From Hamiltosporidium tvaerminnensis FI-OER-3-3 (lineage: Eukaryota; Fungi; Microsporidia), in contig JAKIMF020000004.1 in the NCBI GenBank assembly GCA_022605425.2, positions 620,001 to 684,000 of the forward strand: 64,000 bases of DNA, in the 5' to 3' direction. Positions 41,654 to 51,162 of the stretch are shown piece after piece (the stretch's first letter is position 1; every line of letters starts with the position of its first letter). The notes under the pieces are model-generated. The model did no database searches, was not told the origin of the DNA, and saw nothing but the letters and a program-made list of their open reading frames with translations. Both the position numbers and the translations under genes were made by a program.

Positions 41654-42961
41654 ATGAAAAGAAATTTACTAGGCTCAGCTATAGTTTTTATGGTGATGAA
41701 ATTTTCTGAGAGTAGATCAAGCTATAACAGTAATATAGAATATATGACCACAAGGATAATACCATTTTTGCCGCATATAATCATGTGTATGAAAGGATGC
41801 ATGGCGGCGTCGAAGCAACCTGCTGAAATAGCAAATGAACGTGTTGAAAGTCTTTACATAGAGGACAACTATTGTCAAACAAGTATATCTTTCTATGTTT
41901 CTTACTTTATTTTGTATTTCTGTGATGATAGCGCTAAAGAGAAAGAAAGGCGAGATTTAGTCAAGGAGTGTTTGATTAGTAAAATTGATGCATCGGGTAT
42001 TGCTCAACCAAGAAAAGAAGAAATAATCCAGAGATTTGAAAATATATGGAATGCAAGCTCCGTGGATAACCACGAAAGTGATTTCTATTTGGCAATGGAT
42101 TATGTTCTTATAAAAATAGCACTTGAAGCAGAAAAATATATAGTTAATGGAATACTTTCAATCAAGAGTATGTCTGCAGCGTTACTAACTCATTATTTCT
42201 TTAAAGATATAATGACACTAAAACTTATGCTTGCTGAAAAAATGATTGAGATGGCACAAAGTGAGCATCTTTGTCCCTGCATACGCGACCCTAATTTCTT
42301 TGAAAGTACTGCCTTACGTTACACTGATTATATGAGTTTCGAAAAGATGTGTGAGAGATACCTAACTAGTATACCCAGTGTTGACGTGAATGTTTTGATG
42401 CTTTTTTACGATATAGAAGGTGAGTTTTTACACGAAGCCTTGATAAATATGCGGTCTGAAATTAAAGAAAATATTTACCAAGAATTAGCAGAAAAAGATG
42501 TGATGGTAGAATGCTTTGCTGATTTGTTTTTGTCTGATATAAATTTTACAACGACAGAATTGAATCCAGGATCTACATTTCCAAATGAAAAATTAAAGGT
42601 CATTACGAAAGATGCAGGGTCGGAGATTTATAATTTTGTAAGTCCGATTATCTTAGAAATGATTGGTAATATCACTGGTACTCAAGGGTTTAAAAACATT
42701 GTGAGTAGAGCAGTAACTAGTATACAAAAAGAAATGGCTAGTAAAGAATACAAAGAAAATTTAAGCCAGCATTTAAACGACTATCAAGCGGCTTTGAAGG
42801 AACTGGAAAAAACTTTAGAAGATACCGCTGTCGAAAAAATGACACAAGCATTTTCTAAAGCGAATCCTTCTAAAGATGAAATATCAGTCGAGAAAAAAAC
42901 CGAAGATGAAGGACAGGCTACTGGAGAAGAACTTGTAGGTGCAGTTGGAGGACACGAGTGA
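41654..42961 (+). CDS. Hypothetical, probably secreted helical protein of ~435 aa with acidic C-terminus
   Basis: Intact ORF with higher GC than flanks. AAATTCCCCCA precedes the ATG at 41654 (the track starts at 41639). Hydrophobic N-terminus LLGSAIVFMVM. Confidence 0.8.
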   Translation: MKRNLLGSAIVFMVMKFSESRSSYNSNIEYMTTRIIPFLPHIIMCMKGCMAASKQPAEIANERVESLYIEDNYCQTSISFYVSYFILYFCDDSAKEKERRDLVKECLISKIDASGIAQPRKEEIIQRFENIWNASSVDNHESDFYLAMDYVLIKIALEAEKYIVNGILSIKSMSAALLTHYFFKDIMTLKLMLAEKMIEMAQSEHLCPCIRDPNFFESTALRYTDYMSFEKMCERYLTSIPSVDVNVLMLFYDIEGEFLHEALINMRSEIKENIYQELAEKDVMVECFADLFLSDINFTTTELNPGSTFPNEKLKVITKDAGSEIYNFVSPIILEMIGNITGTQGFKNIVSRAVTSIQKEMASKEYKENLSQHLNDYQAALKELEKTLEDTAVEKMTQAFSKANPSKDEISVEKKTEDEGQATGEELVGAVGGHE

Positions 42962-44948
42962 TGAATATTAAAATACTTTCCGTTATTTTTTGTATATTTA
43001 CTACACTTGTTACCTTATTTCTTTTTAAATCAACACATTTTATATTTTTTTACTCATGGTTTATTCTATTCTAGGGCTACCTGGAAGTTTCGTTTCTAGC
43101 ATTTATCAAAAAATTTTATTTTAAAAAATAAATAAAACGCTTAGAGATCAACATAATTATAGTCTTTCACATGGTTTCTTTTCAAAGCAATTTATTTTTG
43201 AAGTTTTTTGTATTCTCATATGTTACCTAAATATTATAAGAAAAACTATAATGTGAATAAAATTTGCTTCTATCTATAATTTAAATGAACAAATGACTAC
43301 AAGTTTGTTTCCAAAGCGAACGAAATCAATTTAATTAATCAAGTTTTTAAGAACATATGAACTGCAAAATTTGATAAATTTCATGAATGCTTAGATTTAC
43401 TTAAATTTTATGTTTAATATTTAATATTTGTATTAATATTCAGCAGGAATTTGTGTTTTTGCAAAGATCAAATTAATCAATCACAAGAAGTTTTACATTA
43501 ACACAAATTTAACAAAATTGTATGATGTTTTCTATGTCGTATAATCATATAATATTTTTTTTGAATGAAGAAATGAAAGCCGAATGTTTCCCAAAATATA
43601 ACAGCAAAAAAACAAGCAAAATATTTAATTAGTAAGAAAAATATGCATGTTTCTAGATTATTACAGCCAAAATTAGTAGTTTCAAAACCAATTAAACTAA
43701 CATTCAAACAATAAATATAATTTTCCCATATCCAAGGCAATTTTTACCGAGCGAGAAATCGAAAGAAAAATATTTAATTTGTAAATCTTCGATATTATTT
43801 ATAAGAAAGTAACAAAAAAATTAATTTTTAATTTACCAGTGCTTAAATAACGACTGTAAGAGGTTAATACTTTTAAAAACAACCCTTCAATATACCAATA
43901 CCTACCATAAAATGGAGCAAATTTTTGCAATTTAAAGTCAAATAAGATAAACTAAGAAATAAAACTATTAAGATAAGTTTTATTTCTTATAATTTGATCG
44001 GAAAAGGCACATGATCTAATATTATACAATAAAATATTGTATATACATTTCCTGCTTCTTTTATTTCATGTATAAAATTGATTTTAACCATATTCGTTAT
44101 CAAGCGAAGTATTATGTAAAAAATCTTTGATATCATAAAATCTACTCCGAATTAATATTTGACAGAAAACCAAATTAAAATTTTGCCATAACACAAATTA
44201 AACTATCCTTTATTCCCTATTAAGGATCAAACAAGCAGTTTAATAGTTATAAAGTAAAAAAGTTTTTTTACAGGGACTGATAGATGGAGATGAATTAAAA
44301 ATATTTGAGAATTAGCCCGTATGGTTTATAATACGATGAATCAATTTATTGATAATCTTTAAAAATATTTTGTAAGAAAAAAATGTACCTTAGTTGACTT
44401 TAAAAAACGAAACTTTAAAAGAACCATATTAAAATCCGAATAAACTCAGTCGATTAATTAAATTTCAAAAAATTTCTAAGTTTAATTCAGTCTATAATTT
44501 AATTGAAACCTTTTTAAGAACAATTAAAAAGCTTAAATATCAATTATAAAATTTCTATCAATCATCACTAGAAAATAATCGAAATAACTTAAACAAATAA
44601 ATTAACTTTTATTCCTACAAACGAAGAATTTAAACACAAAAAAAACTTTGAAATACAAAAAGAGACCATTATAATAAGAATACAAATATAAAATGAATGT
44701 TTCGTTTATTTACCATTCAATGTTAATTTAATATTTAAATATCAAATATAATACCAATAAATTTATAATTTAATAGTTTATTAGATTATAGCAGATTTGG
44801 TAAGCCCATCTCCGCCCACATCTCCACCCACATCCCAATCTACAACTTTATCTTAATAAAATTTCTCTATTATTTTCTATTACATATTTCCAATTCCCAC
44901 CTTCAATTTTTTTTAAAAAATACCTAAAATTTAAATCACCCCTTTATT

Positions 44949-46076
44949 ATGCTAAGCGATAAAGATATTGAAGATTTAGAAGAAAAATTTAGTGACTCCT
45001 TTATATTTTCAAAAGAATCCAAATTCAAAAATTCACACATAAACAATAATTATGATAACGACTCATTTTTATTTTCAAAAGAATCCAAATTCAAAGATTC
45101 ACGCATAAACAATAATTATGAGAATGACTCATTGCAACATTTTTATGATTTTAGCAAAATAAAAACAAAAGGTATTTTACAAGAAAAAAATATTTTTAAA
45201 GACAAAACAGCAAAAAAAACAAATACTCACAACACAAATACTTACAATGCAAGTAATTACAATGTAAGTAATCACAATATAAATAGTTATAAAACAGACA
45301 AATACACCCATAATGAGACACCAAGAAAAACAAATAATAATGTAAATAATTATAAAAAATACCGAGAAAATTTAAACGAAGAACCAATATCGTATAAAAA
45401 TATAAATCTCCATAAAAATAATAATTCAGAAGAAAAAGATTCTCAGCTTTATACAAATACATTTACCATATCAAAGAGTATAAAAGAAGATATCAATGAA
45501 GGGTTCAATAATAAGGATTACCAATCAAATAATAAAAATATAGTTGATCAACCCTTGAATTATAAATTAAATAAAGAAAACACAAATGAAAACCACAATA
45601 GTAAAAGTGTTAAAAGCAAAGAACAATTCCGTAAATATTCAAATAAAGAAAACACAAATGAAAACCACAATAGTAAAAGTGTTAAAAACAACTTAACTGA
45701 TTATAAAAACACAGAAAATCTTACCAAATTACAACACGAACTAGACAATCTAAAAGACACACATAAAAGAATGTTACAAATAAAAAGTAAATTATTATAT
45801 TTAATAGATATAGAAGTACAAAAAGTAAAAAAATCGATTATTTTTAAGAAAAATGAAGAAATAAAAAGTATAATTAATAAATACCAATCTATTATTTTAG
45901 AAAAAGATTCTATTATAAACAATCTTAAATTACAAGCGAATGATAAGATTGATATAAATAATAGAGATGATAAAGACGAGTTGGAACTTTATAAAAGAAA
46001 GGTAGAAAAGTATAAAGATGCTTATATAAAGTTAAAAGAAAAGTATAGAAGAGATATTTTGAACAAAATGATGTGA
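44949..46076 (+). CDS. Asn/Lys-rich protein with C-terminal coiled coil, 375 aa
   Basis: CACCCC upstream of the ATG. Internal 66-bp duplication (44994-45131) and a duplication at 72-bp spacing (45570-45687). Heptad-like C-terminal third. Confidence 0.8.
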   Translation: MLSDKDIEDLEEKFSDSFIFSKESKFKNSHINNNYDNDSFLFSKESKFKDSRINNNYENDSLQHFYDFSKIKTKGILQEKNIFKDKTAKKTNTHNTNTYNASNYNVSNHNINSYKTDKYTHNETPRKTNNNVNNYKKYRENLNEEPISYKNINLHKNNNSEEKDSQLYTNTFTISKSIKEDINEGFNNKDYQSNNKNIVDQPLNYKLNKENTNENHNSKSVKSKEQFRKYSNKENTNENHNSKSVKNNLTDYKNTENLTKLQHELDNLKDTHKRMLQIKSKLLYLIDIEVQKVKKSIIFKKNEEIKSIINKYQSIILEKDSIINNLKLQANDKIDINNRDDKDELELYKRKVEKYKDAYIKLKEKYRRDILNKMM

Positions 46077-47279
46077 GATAGGTAAAGTAATTTTATGTAT
46101 TTTTAGGCTGAAGTATATATCATTCTTTGTAATTTTTTGTAATTTTATTAAGTTCTTGGTGGAACGAGGATGTTCAATTAAAAATATGTGTTTTTCATTT
46201 CTTAAGTCATAATCACTAGTTATATATTTTTGTGGGGCTAAAAATATACCAAAATCAGATTGTTTCATCTGAATTCGTATAGAAGAATAGGTCTAAAAGC
46301 CGTGAAACCACTTTAAAAAATGTTTGAATTTTTTTATATAAGAAGATTATAAAGTTTTATTAAACTTATAGGTAATTACAACGTAAAAGCATAAAGATCT
46401 AACGATGTTCAATCTAGTTAGAAAACTTGACGCCCGACAGCTACGAAAAAACAGACACTTTAAAAGAGCAGGGATTAAAGGTTAGTAATTATAGCTGTTA
46501 GTTTTTTATTTCAATGTCTTATTGGCCCTCTTATAAGTCACCGAGATATATATTAGCAAGATGTTTATTTTATAAAAAAAGAAGTGAAAAGCAATTAAGA
46601 AATTTGCAGGTTTTTTGGATGGCATAGGTGGGCTATGATTTGCGATTATACACTTGGAAACGAAAATTGACGAACAAAGAACTACCTATCTTCAGGTAAA
46701 TTGGGTTTACACGACTTTTATATGAAAAGTTTTTTATTTAGTCATTTAAATGATAACTATAGAGCTTTTAAGAGCAGCGTATATGTAAAGCATAGAACGA
46801 TTAGTACCACATAAAATAAAATATATCATTTTTATAAAAAGATTTGATTTTTGTTTTTACGATCAATAAAGGGGGCTTCAAACCCAATAAGATCTCGAAT
46901 TTATTCTTATATATATTTTTTAACGTATTTTTACAAAAAAAATTCGGACATTCTTTTGTTTCAAGATTTCTATATATTTTTCATTATCTCACATTCATTC
47001 CTCCTAAACCAGCAGACACAAAAATAAAAAAGTTTTCTTTCTCAATCAATAGGGATCAACTTAAAAAACCATTTCATACTTTTAAAGTTAAAAATTTCAT
47101 TATTTTTTTGAAGCTTTTATATCAATATTTCAATAAAAATAAATGCTCAAATATTTATATTAGTAGAACCAAATTTATATTGGCTTAATCATGCAGATGT
47201 AGGCAGTTTTAATATATTCCTCATTCTTCCTACATAATCAGATAATTATCAAGAATAGTATTGACAATAAGCCCCGAAT

Positions 47280-48100
47280 GTTTGCATAGCATCCTAAGTG
47301 TACGCTTTTTGTGTCTGTATCGATTTTTTTTTGTTACGACTTTATCTCTAAAGAATCATTTAACCAAGGTCAATCCAATTTTAGTTCATCTTGATTTCTT
47401 TTTACAATTTTGAGCATTCTTAAATGGATTTATAGGCCAATCATTTTTGATTTCGAGTTAAAACAAATTAAAAAAGGAATAGAATACGTAAGTAAGAAAG
47501 AAAATTATTGACTACCATCGAAAATCTTTCTGTTCTTCTCAGATACTGTATTAGTCGCCTAAAAACGGATTCACTTGAATAATAATGCAAATTGCAGGTG
47601 ATCTGATACCCCATGGTATATCCTCTAGATCTTTGTTGGCTATGAGTAGCAAGAAACCTGTTTAAATATAAAACATATTATAAGAGAATTGTTTTTAGGT
47701 ATTATATTTATACGGATTTCACTAATAATCACTGGTTATAGGTAACGGCATATATTGAGATCTGTTTCTGTAAAGCCATCATCTCTTCTACATGCAGCTT
47801 AATATCATCAAGGTACATAAGTCTTCTTTTTCTTCTTCTTTTTGTGAAATTTATTTTTAGCCACTTCTAAAGTCTGTTTTACATATCAATCTTGATATTG
47901 CACCTTGGACTATATATTTTTTCACACATAATTTGCATATATGACTAATCAAGAATATTTCTAAAAGTTTATTTTCAAACTCCTGCTTTATTCAAATTAT
48001 GTGGATGGCTATCGAAAAATTAAAGTTGTCAAACATTACTTTCTATAATTTTTTTTACCAATAATGAAGTCTTTCTAGACATACTAACGCATCAACAATG
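47280..48100 (-). mobile_element. Possible IS630/Tc1-like transposase relic
   Basis: Minus strand gives HSQQRSRGYTMG-like remnants (cf. RSRGYS..G); very decayed. Confidence 0.25.
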
Positions 48101-48651
48101 TTATAATATGTGTCAATTAGATTAAGAATTCCAAAATATTAATATTTTAATTACTATTTATTTCGTGATCTACGTAATTCTCGATACAAAATAGTTCTAA
48201 AAATATTTTAAAAACTTCCTTCTCTATTCTCATAACTCATATTCTTAGCCTTATGGTTTCCAAATGTTATTGATTTTTATTAAATATAAACTTAGAAAAA
48301 AGGCAATAAAAGAATTGAAGACTTAAATAAATAAAACTATTTATAGGGTGCTTTTCTTAGGATCAGGCATCTATAGCTTTCAATCCTTTATATACTTTAC
48401 AATACTTTTATGATTTACAATACCTTAAATACTTTTAAAATTTAGTGCATAAAAATTGGAGAAAGATGAAAAAAAGTAAAAAATAAAAATTGAACTTCAT
48501 TTGATTACGTTCATATTCAACGCATCCCATTTAATTTTAAACAAAAAAACTTTTAAGACTATAGCAAAAAAAATATAATACCGAACCAATAGATATCTAA
48601 AGATGTATTAAAAGCATAAGAAATGTATAAGAAAAAATAGAAAAATATTCG

Positions 48652-49785
48652 ATAAATTTCTGGGTTAACAAATCTTCTCGCTATTAAATGATTCTTTAAG
48701 ACATTTTAACCACTTCACTGCCTTCCTCTAGAACCGAATCTTCATTTACATTAATTGTCGGATCTTTCACCACAGTGGTCAGGCCATCTAAAATAAGAAG
48801 TTCGAACATTTTTTGTGTTTTCTGTTTTACCACCATCTTCCTCGCTCTACTTGCTTTAAAGGGTGTGCTGGTTGTTTACATATATCAGATCTTTTAATAA
48901 CACACTCTCCCCGATCTCTTCGGTATTTGATCTAGATTCGAATCTTCTTTCTGATCAAAAGAAATTGTTTCTGCTGTCTTCTTAGCACTATCGACTGAAT
49001 CCATGCCTCTATTTTATGAGTATTTATAGTCTTTTCACATAAAACCTATTGTATTTTGTTTCAATACCTCCTACATCATAATATAACAAATTATCTTCAA
49101 ACCAAACACATAATAAGACCTAACAAATTTGCTAAAAAGTCATACTTCCTAAGCTTCTCTGTTTCAACTATTTGAAGAAAGTCTTGGGATGTGATTATCA
49201 CCTCAATGAGGGCTATCCTATTCTGCCTCTTGTCCAAAAATATATATCTTTCCTATTATTCCGAATTTTCACACCAGTTTTATTCTGATTCCCGCTCTTA
49301 TTTCTGCATACTCGTTATTAAGAATTTCATGAACTGAGTGACTCATAATCTGTTTCAAGACTTAAATTTATATATATTTAATAGGAGTAAATTTATCCAT
49401 CGCATTCTTTATTGTGTCGTCTAGTATTGTCATGATCAAGCATTTTTTTACATCTCGTTGCCAAATAGTCTACTGTTTCTCTAGACGCATTGCAGTGTTG
49501 ACACACACCCTCTGCACCCCAGAACACATTTCTATCCAGATATAGAAGAATATTACTTCATCGCGTGATCTTACACTTCCTTTCTTTAACCATCTTGAGG
49601 AGTCATTTACACATTCCAGCTCATTTTTTCTTGCATTATATAACTTTAAATGTAGTTTTAGTTTTTCTCTTTCCTTGTATAAGTTAGCTAGTTGAGCTGA
49701 TTATAATTTCTTCTTTGTGACTTCCTCTTCCAACCCGTATTTTATTTTTAAAAAGTTTTTTATCCTTGCAAGGTGCGTTTTGTTA
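48652..49785 (-). mobile_element. 5'-truncated RLE non-LTR retrotransposon (related subfamily; zinc knuckle and endonuclease portion only)
   Basis: Collinear with 61250-62380 (ctttaaccatcttga..agtca...agctcattttttcttgc.ttatataacttt). Ends abruptly at NKTHLARIK, a typical TPRT truncation. Confidence 0.85.
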
Positions 49786-50052
49786 GGGATATATAAAAAA
49801 TTAAAATCTTTTAGAAAATAACCAAGGGTCTTCTTTCATATTGAAAAATAAATACAAATAAGTTAATTAGAAAACAATAAAACAAAGTACAAATTTCTCA
49901 ACCTAAAAAGTAAAAAAACAAGAAAGAAGAATCTTTATTACCAATACAGAATCCAAATGAGTAGAAATAAATTGTAATACCTTATACAAACACACATGCT
50001 CGAATACATTTTACAAAATACCACCCATCCTCATTCATATATCACCTTTCAA

Positions 50053-50772
50053 TTACCGCTCAAATATTACTTCCTCTTCTATAAAAACTACAGAATCCCT
50101 ATTATAAACAATCTTATCTCTCTCCTCTTTCTTACACAATGGAACATAAATGCTCTCTACTGTCTCTCCAATAACCAAAACATCTACTCCTGAACCAGAA
50201 TATAAATCATTATAAACACCCAACCCTATACTTTTGATAGCTAGATCGATTCCTTCTTCTTTACTCATTCCCCTACGATATTGATTTTCTAAATAACCTA
50301 TAGCAGCTAAAGAACCAGAACCCATCGAAGTATACTCGTGTGAAGAAGAAGAGCCATGTGGATGTACATTGAAGAGATAAGATGTATTAGAAGAAGAGTT
50401 ATTAGTATCTCTACCCCCATCATCTCTACTAGCAGATGAATAACTACACACTATTAAACCCGCACCTATCTGTCCTCCGTATGAGTGTAAGTGCTGTGAC
50501 AGTATATTAACACACATACGTATATCACCAGGCATATTATATTTCTTACAAAAAATATTCATTTCTTTTTCACACATACGCACAACATTTTCTATGTCAG
50601 CTGCTGTTCCACAGCCAGCTGCATAGATAGAAGGAGATATTTTGTGTAGTTTTTTACAGTTTTTATCTACAACATATTCTGATGTAGCACGTCTGTCTGA
50701 GGCTATAATTATCCCTTCTTTATATTTTAGTCCTATTATTGTAGTACCTGTTTTTTTAATCATAGGGGTCAT
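50053..50772 (-). CDS. PUP1: 20S proteasome subunit beta type-2 (trypsin-like, Pup1/PSMB7)
   Basis: KTG|TTIIG (catalytic Thr1), SDRRAT, NCKKLH (Lys33), GCGTAAD, SMGSGSLAA, NDLYSGSGVD. The true start is probably 50763 (CCCCT-ATG). Confidence 0.93.
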   Translation of the reverse strand: MTPMIKKTGTTIIGLKYKEGIIIASDRRATSEYVVDKNCKKLHKISPSIYAAGCGTAADIENVVRMCEKEMNIFCKKYNMPGDIRMCVNILSQHLHSYGGQIGAGLIVCSYSSASRDDGGRDTNNSSSNTSYLFNVHPHGSSSSHEYTSMGSGSLAAIGYLENQYRRGMSKEEGIDLAIKSIGLGVYNDLYSGSGVDVLVIGETVESIYVPLCKKEERDKIVYNRDSVVFIEEEVIFER

Positions 50773-50860
50773 ATATTAGAGAGAAATATAATTTACAGAA
50801 ATATATTTTAAGGAGGAAGTAGTGGGTAAGTGACTGAAATTTAAGTGTAGATATATATTC

Positions 50861-51162
50861 CTTATAAATAAGACCCTTTAATTATATCTTATATAAATCT
50901 TATAAATAACACCCTTTAATTATATCTTGGATATTCCTTATAATTAACACCCTTTAATTATATCTTATATATTCCTTATAAATAAGACCCTTTAATTATA
51001 TCTTATATAAATCTTATAATCAACACCCTTTAATTATATCTTGGATATTCCTTATAAATAACACACTTTAATTATATGTTATATTAATCTTATAATTAAC
51101 ACCCTTTAATATACTACTTATAAACAACTTATAAATACTACTTATAAATAACCCCTTTAATG
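50861..51162 (+). repeat. 38-bp tandem array (about 7 units plus fragments) in the divergent promoter between PUP1 and the SANT gene
   Basis: Units start at 50861, 50899, 50937, 50975, 51013, 51051 and 51089. Consensus cttataaataacaccctttaattatatcttatatattc. The last copy (51141) reads ...acccctttaATG. Confidence 0.95.

Noticed and set aside
50861-51116. CRISPR array
   Set aside because: Head-to-tail units with no unique spacers, no cas genes, eukaryotic context.
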